Assembly (NCBI RefSeq): GCF_001194135.2
Contig: NC_068983.1
Location: 57,699,521 to 57,740,843 of the forward strand
From: Octopus bimaculoides
Taxonomy: Eukaryota
DNA length: 41,323 nucleotides
Reading direction: 5' to 3'
The notes under the pieces were generated by a model. The model was not told the DNA's origin and did not search any database. It worked only from the letters and a program-made list of their open reading frames with translations. Positions 1 to 12,127 of this stretch are shown in pieces. How positions within the stretch are numbered: the first letter of the stretch is position 1; every line of letters starts with the position of its first letter. The translations under genes and the position numbers were made by a program.

Positions 1-232
1 ATAGAAAGCTTCTGGCAATGAGGTTAGTTTAATAAAAGCTTTATATTCCAGGCGCAAAGTTCCATCTTCAGAAGAAGAAAACGGTCTGAGAAAAGTTCAA
101 TTATGCAGACCCCGTTAACCCAAATGGAACCGACATGACTGGACTTTTCTCAGACTGTTTTCTTCTTCTGAAGATAGACCTTTGCGACTAGAATATAAAG
201 CTTTTATTAAACTTTTTGTCAGAAGCTTTCAA
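1..232. repeat. Imperfect foldback (about 95-bp arms, about 45-bp spacer)
   Basis: Arm 1-99 (gaaagcttctg...aataaaagctttatattc...atcttcagaagaagaaaacggtctgagaaaag) is the reverse complement of 142-232. Confidence 0.9.
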
Positions 233-254
233 TGTTCTCTCATTTTACCTTCTT

Positions 255-555
255 TGTGTGTGCGTGTGTGTATGTGTGTATGTGTGTGTGTGTGTGTGTA
301 TGTGTGTGTGTGTGTATGTGTGTACATATATGACGTTTGTTCATCACTTCAGTGATATTACCTATTTCACTAGTACAACCAGAGAAGTACTGCCATGGAA
401 TTTAAAGTCCAAAGACTTTAAATAGTCTGAAACTATGCTGAGTCTGGGCTATATGGCTGATGAGAGGATTTCCATGTATATTTGTCCTTTCCCATTTTGC
501 AGTAATTGTTTCCACATTTTATTTTGATTTTCATATAGATGTGTACGTATACACG

Positions 556-612
<57 letters not shown>
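255..612. repeat. (GT)n and (CA)n microsatellites (255-325, 560-612)
   Basis: Directly visible. Confidence 0.95.
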
Positions 613-613
<1 letters not shown>

Positions 614-1054
614 AATATTGATAAATTTCACATATGAAAATTAAATTCAATCAACACTTCACTTCAGCACTTCGCCGTATTAGAATGTTTCCACTTCTTC
701 TCATCAAGCAGACTAAACCAATCAGACTATATTTATTAAATAAATAATTACCATTTATTTTTCTATCTTTGACGAAGATTAATTGTGTCATTTTAACCTC
801 TACTCTGTTTTGACACCAGACAGCTGGTCTGCAAAACAAGTAATTAGAGTTTTTGATAAGTTATATTTATCAAAACATTTTAAATAATTACATATGATAA
901 CTATTTAACACTAGGTTTCTTATAACATTATAGTTATTTTGTGATTCAGATATATATTTCTCTCTTAAATGGTAAATATCTATTCAAATATAGATTTTAC
1001 AGTTGAATCTATAAATTAGACATAATACATAGATCTGTATGCAGGTATGTATGT

Positions 1055-1102
1055 GTACGCATATGTGCATTTACGTATGTAAATGTATGCGAATGTGTAC
1101 AA

Positions 1103-1148
<46 letters not shown>

Positions 1149-1534
1149 ATGTGTGTGTATGTGTGTATACATATATATTTATATTTATAAAGGTAATGTT
1201 TATCCCTAGAATACAAGATATGGTAAGAGAACTTCTATTGTGGTCTTTTGGTGAATATATGTACTCTTGTTTACAGCGCTAGCAGGAAACAAATCTCTGC
1301 TACTGCTAGCGCCGAGACTACATAATCACGTGATTTCAGCCTTTTCTGGCCTTGTCACTGGTAGATGCCCGGCTGTCGAACACAGAAGCAATGTCTCAGT
1401 AGTGATATACATAGACTCACAAAAGACCATACAAAAGGTTTTCTCACGGTAAACATCATAGGACTCTATGTTCCAANNNNNNNNNNGTACGCATATGTGC
1501 ATTTACGTATGTAAATGTATGCGAATGTGTACAA

Positions 1535-1580
<46 letters not shown>

Positions 1581-1908
1581 ATGTGTGTGTATGTGTGTAT
1601 ACATATATATTTATATTTATAAAGGTAATGTTTATCCCTAGAATACAAGATATGGTAAGAGAACTTCTATTGTGGTCTTTTGGTGAATATATGTACTCTT
1701 GTTTACAGCGCTAGCAGGAAACAAATCTCTGCTACTGCTAGCGCCGAGACTACATAATCACGTGATTTCAGCCTTTTCTGGCCTTGTCACTGGTAGATGC
1801 CCGGCTGTCGAACACAGAAGCAATGTCTCAGTAGTGATATACATAGACTCACAAAAGACCATACAAAAGGTTTTCTCACGGTAAACATCATAGGACTCTA
1901 TGTTCCAA
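1055..1908. repeat. Apparently identical 422-bp tandem duplication split by a 10-N gap
   Basis: 1055-1476 matches 1487-1908; ORFs 1267-1452 and 1699-1884 are identical, offset 432. Confidence 0.95.
1277..1448 (+). CDS. Candidate internal exon, unknown protein (LAGNKSLLLLAPRLHNHVISAFSGLVTGRCPAVEHRSNVSVVIYIDSQKTIQKVFS); duplicated at 1709-1880
   Basis: Acceptor tcttgtttacag, donor CG|gtaaac, one open frame, higher GC than flanks; no recognisable homology. Confidence 0.25.
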
Positions 1909-2049
1909 CACAACGTCCACTTTTAATAGGAGATACATATTACCCTTTGGTATTAATACTGGTTCTGTAGGTTCTAATTATTTTTTAGTAAATCCACTGG
2001 CTATGCGCGACACCTGTGCTTGATTGACCGATATACATCTCGTTAAACA

Positions 2050-2521
2050 TTAAGATAGGGCTTTACTTTTCTCTGATGAAAAAGCCCTGTATAGAGCAGA
2101 TACCAGAATTTATGACAAGTTGTTAGGGAATAACATCACACAAAACTATAGACAGACTTTTTAACACATATAGGATAGCATAAACAACAAAGTTAAACGG
2201 TTATCTGGCGCTTTATGTATAACTGACGAAGTGGAGTCCTTAGCTAAGAGGAATGCATATATTATCATCAAAGATCATAAACCAAACTTTGCCTCCAACC
2301 TCAAATGCTGCCTGATTAACCCAGTTAAAGCGGGAATGAGGCTGGTGAGTAAGTATATAACTGGGGAAAATAAATGGAGACCAAAGGAAGGCATCCCGTG
2401 TCTCCTTATAGCTTAATATTAATGAAGTAATTTCATGGTTTAAGCAAACAAGCTTTGAGACAGGGCAAGACTCATTCAACTCGATATAGCGGTTCTTTCC
2501 CATCTCTATCGAAAGGGTATT

Positions 2522-2577
<56 letters not shown>

Positions 2578-2995
2578 ATATAGATAGATGGATAGATAAA
2601 TATCTGTATGTGCGCGCGCGCGTGTGTGTGTGTGTGTGTGTGTGTGCATGTTTGTTTTAACTCAGTCACAGCAGTGCTCCCAAATAACGTAATCGAAAAG
2701 AAAATTTAACATCAGTTTATGCAATGGAAATTTTGAGAGACGATATATAAACCATCAGTCATCTTTTGGATACATCGACAAAGACAGAGCCACTAATATG
2801 GGTAACCATTTATGGGATTTGAAAACCAACTGCACACCACAAACGATCAAGGGAATCACCGTGGAGAAATCTACCCCATATGTAGATGAACCAAAGAGAT
2901 GTAAATTATGTATAGCTGAACAATCCCACCTTATTTTTAGATCTAAGAATTCTGCCATTCAATTCTAGATCCGAAATTTTTAGCAATTACAAGCT
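2050..2995 (+). mobile_element. Decayed, internally deleted Penelope-like element (RT N-terminus + GIY-YIG endonuclease)
   Basis: Translation: YDKLLGNNITQNYRQ...AKRNAYIIIKDHKPNFASNLKCCLINPVK...EVISWFK...RLIQLDI (PLE RT start). From 2705: LCNGNFERRYINHQSSF...HLWDLK...KRCKLCIAE...NSRSEIF (C-terminal GIY-YIG). Stops and frameshifts present; gap in the ORF at the microsatellite 2520-2650. Confidence 0.85.
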
Positions 2996-3569
2996 CATGG
3001 ATAAATTAATTTTATCGAACTGGAGGGCACTACCCTCTCTGGATTGAGCGGCTATCGCCCAGATTTGGTCCCTTCCCAATTGAACTAGTATACATAGAGC
3101 TGGATTAATTATGACTTCGACAGACAAAAGAAATGCAACTCGGTTTTCCTTTCTTTTGTTTTAGTTTCATTTTCTCCCTATATTTATTTTTTGTTTTTTC
3201 GTTCCACTTTTGGCATCAATCTTCTCGTTTTTTCCCCTTGTTTTCTCAGAGTCCGTCTTTCAAATAAGACCAACCATGTCTGGAAGACCTGAAAACTTGC
3301 TTCAATACATAAGGGATGTTTTAAGAGTCTGCCGAATTGTTATGTTTCCTCGGCATGAAACTATTAGCAGCTCATATTTGAATATTGTGTATAACAAGTG
3401 ATATATAGGTAGACGTAGGTATGCACACACCTGTACGTATATATGCATATACTCATTTATTATTTGTTTTTACATGACCGAACGCCAACGTCACCACTGT
3501 TGTAAGTAATTTCAACTTTATATTTTCTGACACTACTCTATCTCTTTCTCTATCACTTTTCCCCCTCTC

Positions 3570-3738
3570 GTTCTTCCTCTGTTACTACTACGTATCTCTC
3601 TTTACCCCTCTCATTCTTCTTTCTGTTACTACTATAGCTCTCTCTTCCCCCTCGTACTTCCTTCTGTTACTACTATATTCCTCTCTTTCTCTCGTTGCTC
3701 ACCTATTCTTCTACTTCCTACCTTTGTTTCTCCCCCTA

Positions 3739-3782
<44 letters not shown>
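3570..3782. repeat. About 40-bp pyrimidine-rich minisatellite (3 units) followed by (CT)n
   Basis: Repeated cccctctcgttcttc..ctgttactacta units; (CT)n 3741-3782. Confidence 0.8.
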
Positions 3783-3785
<3 letters not shown>

Positions 3786-4094
3786 TACCCCTGCATGGTC
3801 ACATGCTTCCAGTCAATAATCCTTTTCTTCCTTGGCTATCGCCGAGCATACACGCGAACTTACTTCGTCCCCACTTTCATGTTCGTGCCTCACAGCGTTC
3901 ATATACACATAATTTTTTACGTCTGGCCGCATGGCCTTTTCCGTTTGTTTTCCTGTCTTGTTTTCTTTTCCGTTTGTTTTCCTGTCTTGTTTTTTGTCCG
4001 CCACTACATTCCTCCATGGCACAGGTTTAATTTGTGCATACAAATTTAATTTGCGGTCCATGGGAAGAGCCGTTTTAACGATGCGTCCTGCACA

Positions 4095-4281
4095 ACTCTT
4101 CGAAACGCCAGTGTTAAAACGGGGGTAGCTGATGAAGGAAAATGTTCTCTACGTGGCTTGTGTGTTTTCTGTACTCTGGTCATTATTATTTCTTGTCTAC
4201 GTTTTGTTTGCAATGTCCTGTACCCAGATATGCACCTATATATACAGGTAGACGTAGGTATGCACACACCTGTACGTATAT
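4095..4281 (+). repeat. Unclassified interspersed repeat, homologous to 13660-13785
   Basis: Both read cttcgaaacg...ctgatgaag.(a/g)aatgttct.tacgt...aatgt(c/t)ctgtaccca. Confidence 0.65.
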
Positions 4282-5123
4282 NNNNNNNNNNNNNNNNNNN
4301 NNNNNNNNNNNNNNNNNNNNNNNNNNNNNNNNNNNNNNNNNNNNNNNNNNNNNNNNNNNNNNNNNNNNNNNNNNNNNNNNNNNNNNNNNNNNNNNNNNNN
4401 NNNNNNNNNNNNNNNNNNNNNNNNNNNNNNNNNNNNNNNNNNNNNNNNNNNNNNNNNNNNNNNNNNNNNNNNNNNNNNNNNNNNNNNNNNNNNNNNNNNN
4501 NNNNNNNNNNNNNNNNNNNNNNNNNNNNNNNNNNNNNNNNNNNNNNNNNNNNNNNNNNNNNNNNNNNNNNNNNNNNNNNNNNNNNNNNNNNNNNNNNNNN
4601 NNNNNNNNNNNNNNNNNNNNNNNNNNNNNNNNNNNNNNNNNNNNNNNNNNNNNNNNNNNNNNNNNNNNNNNNNNNNNNNNNNNNNNNNNNNNNNNNNNNN
4701 NNNNNNNNNNNNNNNNNNNNNNNNNNNNNNNNNNNNNNNNNNNNNNNNNNNNNNNNNNNNNNNNNNNNNNNNNNNNNNNNNNNNNNNNNNNNNNNNNNNN
4801 NNNNNNNNNNNNNNNNNNNNNNNNNNNNNNNNNNNNNNNNNNNNNNNNNNNNNNNNNNNNNNNNNNNNNNNNNNNNNNNNNNNNNNNNNNNNNNNNNNNN
4901 NNNNNNNNNNNNNNNNNNNNNNNNNNNNNNNNNNNNNNNNNNNNNNNNNNNNNNNNNNNNNNNNNNNNNNNNNNNNNNNNNNNNNNNNNNNNNNNNNNNN
5001 NNNNNNNNNNNNNNNNNNNNNNNNNNNNNNNNNNNNNNNNNNNNNNNNNNNNNNNNNNNNNNNNNNNNNNNNNNNNNNNNNNNNNNNNNNNNNNNNNNNN
5101 NNNNNNNNNNNNNNNNNNNNNNN

Positions 5124-5164
<41 letters not shown>

Positions 5165-5193
5165 TATATGTATATATAAGCACATATATATAT

Positions 5194-5245
<52 letters not shown>
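5124..5245. repeat. (TA)n and (GATA)n microsatellites after the gap 4282-5123
   Basis: Directly visible. Confidence 0.95.
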
Positions 5246-5246
<1 letters not shown>

Positions 5247-6296
5247 TATTGATATATAGACAGACAGACTGATAGATATACATATATACCTAATGAGAAG
5301 GATGAGTCCGGCCTTTTATTATGTATGGTTATAATATTTTAACAATAATATTTACAAGAACTGACAGGTGATACCAAATATTTGCAAAAAAATGTCTTTG
5401 TTTTTTTCGTATTTTGTAAATGTGTTTGCATCTCAATCAAAATATTGTCTCTCTCAACAGACATCACAGTTTTATAATTACGTATTTTCTTGGTTGTTAT
5501 AAAATAACGGTTAGAAATTGAAGAAAATACATTTCTGAAATTCAAAGACAACTTCGTAGTTACCTTTTGATATTTGAGAATTATTAAAAAACACTTATAA
5601 TATTATATTTAGAAGTTGTATTTACAATATAGTTTACAATATATGAAATATTTTGGTGTTTGTATAATTTCCGTTTATTGTTTTGCGAAAATATATTTAA
5701 TATATTTATTTAAACTATAGAAGGCATTTAAAAAGAATGGAAGTTATAGTTAAATGTGTTTTTAATTAAATATTACTATTGTTAAGTGTCTTTTCAACAG
5801 TGTTATGTATTTCTTTCATCTTTTTAACATAAGTATTTTTATTAATCATCAGAGATTTTTGACAAGAAGTTTGAAGTATAGCTTCTAAATTTGTAAATCA
5901 TGTTTATTTAAGCGACAAGTGAAAATTATGAATTGTAGAATTTATATCGGGAGGAGATGTGTGATTTTACGAGTTTGGAAGTTGTAGGTTTTACAGGCAA
6001 TAAAATGTATGGGAAGTACATAAAATATTTGAAAGATTCTTGTGTTGCGCAGAGATATATTTATACCACAGTCTTTGCAAATATATATTGAGTATTTATA
6101 ATAATGATTGCCTGTATTATTCTACAGACAAAAGACGTATATATTTGTAAACGCTAAAGCAACAGATTTACTATATACGTCTAGAATTTATTTCATAGAC
6201 CTTAAATGGTTTGGAATTGAAGTAAGTTGTGGATAGGTGGAACAAAATATGAGTCAGAATTATGGAGTTTGTAACTTTATTTCTTCTGAAACTTTG

Positions 6297-6527
6297 TCAC
6301 ATCACATGCTTGGGAAAATAAAGAATGACCTCTGTGAGCAAAGTCATAGCATTCTTCCACCTGTAGTTCTCAGCAAAGATATTTATTTTGCCAACGAGTA
6401 GGGACCTTCTAATTCTATTTGGTGCATTTTGGGCCTTCAGCAAAAATGTTTTGTTGTTTACAAAAACATAATTTACGTTTAATTCTTTAGCATTCAATCT
6501 GGACATATCAGACCCAAAGATTCTACC
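6297..6527 (-). CDS. Weak candidate terminal exon, unknown protein (RIFGSDMSRLNAKELNVNYVFVNN...YFPKHVM*)
   Basis: Open frame of about 76 codons after a possible acceptor tacaacag; non-repetitive; no homology recognised. Confidence 0.2.
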   Translation of the reverse strand, partial: GRIFGSDMSRLNAKELNVNYVFVNNKTFLLKAQNAPNRIRRSLLVGKINIFAENYRWKNAMTLLTEVILYFPKHVM

Positions 6528-7324
6528 TGTTGTACATAACTAGCCTGATCCAGCCTCTCGAAACTATACATCATTCTATAAATTATACAGTCATGTCATC
6601 GAAATCTCAAAACTATGAGATGAATGATTAATTCAATGCAAAGTGAATGATTAATCAATGCATTTGACAGAGTAATTTGAATGTTAAATGGTTAAGGAGA
6701 AGTACTTGCATTTAGAACGAAGGGTTTTTAACATGCAATTGACTTATCTGAAAAGGACTTGCTGTTTGTTTTGTAGGGAATTCTAGACACTTTGTAGAGA
6801 GTGTACATGGAGGAGTTCCATAAAAAAGGAATAAATAAAAACAGAAAGGGGAAAACAGAAAAGGAAACAGAAAGAATCTCGAGCTTTTTATAATTGTAAA
6901 AAATGTGAAGTAAAATATTTGTAATGGTGAATGTCGAAGTAAATAAAACTAGAAATAATACCATGTAGAATATTTACAAATTTGTTATCAGTTCAAATAA
7001 GCTCCAAGTATTGGGTCATCCCATAAATAATGCGCTTTTCTTATACATGTTTTATCGTTCAAAATTAAGATAAACAAAGTTCTTTTTTAATCTAAAATAT
7101 ACTCTCTTTTTCTGCATGGAAAATTGCAATTTATAGCAATTTATATATTAAATTAATAATTATGTGTGTGTGTGTGTGATTATTTCAATGGAGAAAGTCA
7201 AAACAAGACTTATCTGTTCCATAGCAAATTCTAATTAATGTCCAAGCATTACAAAGCTGCCAGAAAAATCTGCATAAATACATGTGATTAACACTCGTAC
7301 AAAACGAGTAGGTGCATATTTTAA

Positions 7325-7460
7325 TTAATATTTCGCAGAAGTAACAAAATGACTCAAGGTACAGGAGTTTTGTGTGTTAGCACTTATCAAACTAGTTTGA
7401 TAAGGGTCAACACACGAAACTCCCGTACCTTGAGTCACTGTCACTTCTGCTAAATATTAA
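7325..7460. mobile_element. 136-bp foldback element, no spacer (centre actagt)
   Basis: ttaatatttcgcagaagt...cttatcaaact is the reverse complement of agtttgataag...acttctgctaaatattaa. Confidence 0.85.
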
Positions 7461-7477
7461 TATATGTATAAAGCTGG

Positions 7478-7671
7478 GCACCACTTTGAAGGACTTTAGT
7501 CGAATGAATTGATCCCAATGCTTAATCTTGTTTTAAGTCCGGCACTTATCCTATCGGTCATTTTTGCCAAACTGCTAAGTTACAGAGTCATACCCAAATC
7601 AACACCAGTTGTCCCATGGTGCTACGGGGCAACATAGACAGAAAGACATACACACATATATATATATATAT

Positions 7672-7722
<51 letters not shown>

Positions 7723-8127
7723 NNNNNNNNNNNNNNNNNNNNNNNNNNNNNNNNNNNNNNNNNNNNNNNNNNNNNNNNNNNNNNNNNNNNNNNNNNNNNN
7801 NNNNNNNNNNNNNNNNNNNNNNNNNNNNNNNNNNNNNNNNNNNNNNNNNNNNNNNNNNNNNNNNNNNNNNNNNNNNNNNNNNNNNNNNNNNNNNNNNNNN
7901 NNNNNNNNNNNNNNNNNNNNNNNNNNNNNNNNNNNNNNNNNNNNNNNNNNNNNNNNNNNNNNNNNNNNNNNNNNNNNNNNNNNNNNNNNNNNNNNNNNNN
8001 NNNNNNNNNNNNNNNNNNNNNNNNNNNNNNNNNNNNNNNNNNNNNNNNNNNNNNNNNNNNNNNNNNNNNNNNNNNNNNNNNNNNNNNNNNNNNNNNNNNN
8101 NNNNNNNNNNNNNNNNNNNNNNNNNNN

Positions 8128-8171
<44 letters not shown>

Positions 8172-8331
8172 GACGTGATTTTTTTCATTTTCCGTCTACT
8201 AAATATGCACACAAGTATTTGGTTGGCTCGGGGCTATAGTAGAAGATACTTTCCCAAGTTGCCTGGCAGTAGGACTGAACTTGGAACTATGTGTTTGGGA
8301 AGCAAATTTCTTACCACACAGCCACACCTGA
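7478..8331 (-). mobile_element. SINE family B (tRNA head, CORE-like motif, internal (TA)n, 3' module); spans gap 7723-8127
   Basis: Diverged match to the full copy at 35359-35770. Confidence 0.8.
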
Positions 8332-9023
8332 CCCGATGCACAACTACGCCCGCAACTGTATGTACATATAGTTCATTTAAGCATGTTGTTTACAATTTAA
8401 GCTGACAATACTCAACTTTAATTTATCAGTAGTAACACAATACTTAATATGTTAATATTTATTTCCACTTACGTTTATTTAGTGCTAATACAGATTCCAT
8501 CAAGAACCATAAAACTTATGATGCCATCACTTGCTGATGATGCACAAACTGGTTAACTTGCATGGCTTTCATATTCAAAACGCTCATTCCGCTAAGAATA
8601 AAGATGTTTACATAGTGAAAATTGGAAATAATAGCCATTTACATTAAGAAAATTGTGTAGTAATAAATATGTAACATTTATGTGTACAAATATGTTGACA
8701 GAAATATTAACATGTGTAAAATTATTTTCAAATTAATATTTACAGAAAGAAAAATATGTTTGCACACAAAAATGTTATGTTATCAATAATTGTTTCATTG
8801 GTTTATTACGACAGAATCTGTTTAAAGTTTATTTGCTTCATTAATGAAATATTGAAAATTATAATGAGTGTAATGAAGATAAACATAATAATATTCCATC
8901 AGCAGGTCACGTGCTTTACACAAAATTTAATGAGTAGCAAATCTGATAATGTCTAAATAATTGAAAATAAAGTATTATAGAAATCCGCAAATAATAAACA
9001 ACTATATGTAATATACTTTTCCA

Positions 9024-9205
9024 GGCAGCAAGCTTGCAGAATCATTAGCACGCCGAGCAAAAGGCTTAGTGGTATTTCGGTCATCGCTACGTTCTGAGTT
9101 CAAATTCCGCCGAGGTCGATTAAATTAGTGCCAGTTACGCACTGGAGATGATGTAATCGACTTAATCTCTTCCCCCAAATTTAAGGCCTTGTGCTTCCAG
9201 GAGAA
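9024..9205 (+). mobile_element. tRNA-derived SINE family A
   Basis: ggcagcaagcttgcagaa head, B-box gagttcaaattcc, gatgtaatcgacttaatc body; central domain partly deleted. Confidence 0.85.
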
Positions 9206-9313
9206 ACGATATGTAATACGCTCTTTGATTTAGAGACCAAAATTTTAATTAGCCGGAAAAACATTTTGCTGTGACACCCTCGTTTTATAATTTTGATTTT
9301 AGTAAAAAGTGTA

Positions 9314-9518
9314 CTGTAATCACTCGACTATCACGGGTTTACGTTCCAAAACCTCTCACAGAAATAATTAAAATCTAAAAAAATGTAAACACCAATCGGC
9401 CGTAGAAATCCGCGATATATTGAGAAGTCTGCGATATAAATTCACATATATTAGCCTGAAAAATTCGCGATATACTGAGTGGGCGATAAGTGAGCCATGA
9501 TATGGTGAGGGATTACTG
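9314..9518. mobile_element. pogo/Tigger-like MITE
   Basis: TA then c(t)gtaatcactcgactatcacgg; matching right TIR ccatgatatggtgagggattactg; internal repeated cgcgatata motifs. Confidence 0.65.
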
Positions 9519-9859
9519 TGTATGCATTAAATTGGGTTTTATGGTGAATAATAAAAGTTTATAATAAAAATTGATAGAATTGTTTGAATGTATTTAATGC
9601 TGTTAGAGCTGTTTAGAACCAGTGCAGATCTGATCAAATAAACTAATAGTCAAAGACATTCAAGCCGTGGCCTTTGGTTTTATTTCTGAACATAAAACAT
9701 GCAGAAGATCATTATTCACCTTGTCGTACCTGACTTGAGGGACATTTGGCACATATATTGAGCAAATCGAACAAACATTTATAGGATCACTCTTAGACCC
9801 ATTCATTTGCACATGTGAGATCACATAGAGGGAAAAAACAATGAGGAAGTATAAACAGT

Positions 9860-10200
9860 ATTGGTGTGTATGTATGTATGTATGTATGCCATTATTCAGT
9901 TTATTTCAAGATTTCTTGCCGATAGAGAAAGAACCAGTTTCTAACTTAGATCCAAGGTTCCTTCATTGAAATTTCAACATCAACAACAAGGTTTGTATGT
10001 ATGTATACTTGTATGTATGTACAGATTTGTATGTTTTATGTATGTATTCTCATGCATATAGTCACATATCTAAACATGCTCATATATATATTTAAATGAT
10101 AAACTTCTGGAAAGTTTTGCAGATTTTTACAGTTCCAGTGATGGATTGGATCTGCAGTTTTCGAATGAGCATATGTATGTATATATGTATATACTCTCAG
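9860..10200. repeat. Unclassified interspersed repeat with (TATG)n
   Basis: The segment cagatttgtatgttt..tatgtatgtattctcatg recurs at about 28325-28370. Confidence 0.5.
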
Positions 10201-10309
10201 TGGAACTTAAACTGAGAATCTAAATTTGCGTAAAAAAAAAACACCACAAAAATTATAGTTAATCGTCGTTTTAGTTCTGCTATTCCATTATTCTGCATTG
10301 TTACATTTT

Positions 10310-10372
10310 TTATCGACCTCAAATGAAAGAAGGCAAAAATTGGCCTCGCCAGAATTTGAACTCAAAACATAG
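10310..10372 (-). mobile_element. SINE family A fragment
   Basis: tttatcgacc..aaatgaaag..ggcaaa...agaatttgaactca. Confidence 0.6.
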
Positions 10373-11028
10373 ATAGAACGTATCCTGCATGGCACTCTGT
10401 CTGACCCCAACAAATCTATCAATTTCTCAACTGGTTAGAAAGGATAGAAAAACATAATGCATTCAACTTATTCACTGAATTCAGATATGAAATACAAATG
10501 AAAATAAGGTTTGTGTTTTATTTTTTGGTCAATGTATATTTTTTCCATCGCACATAACCAAAAACATGACCGTGAATAATTCACCCTCAAATACAACAAT
10601 TGACTGTGATGAAAACAAATATTAAACTCAGGCAGGCTGGTAGTAGATGGAGAAAGATAATAAAGACAAGCAAATTTAATTAAACCCTTAGCCAATTAAA
10701 CAATTACTCCTCTTTGAAACGTATTTAGAATTGATTAACGCAGTTCCTTCAAACACTTGAAACAATTATATTTTTGAGGTGGTAAAACTATTTTGAAAAC
10801 TTTTCGGTCAGTTAAACTCCCGATTAGGCTTTTTGTAAGATGAATATATTACTTTCAATTTAAATACTGATAAAGAGTAATTTTAAGATCTTAAAAGTGT
10901 CATAAAAACGTCCTTTCTTATGAATGAAGCCAATTTACTGAAACATCATTTACCATTTTGTTTATGTATTATAGTATTTGGGTTAAGAAATTCCGTCGAA
11001 ATATTATATCAATGCTGTTCTATAATGT

Positions 11029-11214
11029 GGAATTATGTACATTATTTACAATGGACAGATAAGTATCATCATCTTGTTTGTTGTTATCGCAACGTTTCTG
11101 CTGATGTACTCTCCAGCCTTCATTAGGTGTTCTGGTGGAATTTCAAACCCATCCCTTTATTTGACTACTGAGATACTCTGTTCTCATTCCTAAGGTATTC
11201 TTTTTGCTGGTATT
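11029..11214 (-). mobile_element. HHR-SINE (family C) 3' part, inverted arm
   Basis: Reverse complement matches 12205-12398, including the subfamily-specific tagtcaaataaaggg segment. Confidence 0.9.
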
Positions 11215-12103
11215 ATTACTTCTGCCTTAGCGAAGGCGGAGATATTGTCTTCAGTCGTGTTTGTTTGTTTGTTTGTCTGTGGACAAGATATCTCAAGAAC
11301 TACGAGATGGATTCGGATGAAACTTCCAGGGATGTTTAACCTTGTGACTGGCACGAACCGATTAGATTTTGGGATGAATGTGGTACCAAACAAGGATTCT
11401 GCATTAGTTACTATATTTACTATACAAGATTACGATCTTACGTTGACTTTCAAGTCTTTCTCAATTATCTCCCTTCAGGCTGTTTCCAAAGTTTTATTTT
11501 CGTTTCTCTATTATTAATTTTACTCGCGTCTCTGTCTTAGTAGAAATCAAACTACATAAACAAACGGCAGCAAAACCGTTCAGAAATTAAAGAACACTAA
11601 CATATCTTTACATTATACATTACACATACACATTAACATTTTACAGTATACTTACATATATACGTACATCTATACATCGATCTAAAACAACAGGAATACT
11701 AAAGGAAGGCCAGAATTTAAGAGAAGAGAAAGCCAAAATTCTTGAGTAGAGCTTACTATTATTACCTCTGCTTTTGAAACTATTTTGAATGGTGAATTTG
11801 TAAATTTTGGTTTGTATTAGATAAGGATAAACTATTTATTACTGTTACTAAATTTTCTACAGCCATATTCATATTTCATGACTACCATTGGGACCGATCC
11901 AGCAAAAGACAAGGATTCTGGGTTATTTTCCCTGTTTCTTTTATTTCATTTTTGAGAGCGGTAGGGTTCCTTTTTAATATTCTCGTTTGTGAGAGCAGTC
12001 AAGTATATTTCAGATATTCTCATTTCAAACATCAGCTCCGGCTAATCGTCGAGAGGACATTGGTGTTGCCTTGGTGGAGGTTTGCGCCCACTGAGTGATC
12101 TTG
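11215..12103 (+). mobile_element. Helentron-associated non-autonomous element (HINE/DINE-1-like)
   Basis: 5' attacttctgcc with hairpin (tctgcctt-agcg-aaggcgga), then (GTTT)n and ggatgaaactt; 3' sub-TIR ccttggtggaggt and tgcgcccactgagtg before a T run. Confidence 0.75.
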
Positions 12104-12127
12104 TTTTTTTTTTTTCATTCAAGTCAC

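Noticed and set aside
4099-4140. GAAAC...CTGATGA order here and at 13665-13707, suggesting a type II hammerhead
   Set aside because: No stem I can form and stem II pairing is weak in both copies.
4046-5283. Long ORFs in the track that span N-gaps (also 7.6-8.4, 25.8, 30.5, 39.2, 40.0 kb)
   Set aside because: They are made of X runs and (TA)n translations; artefacts.
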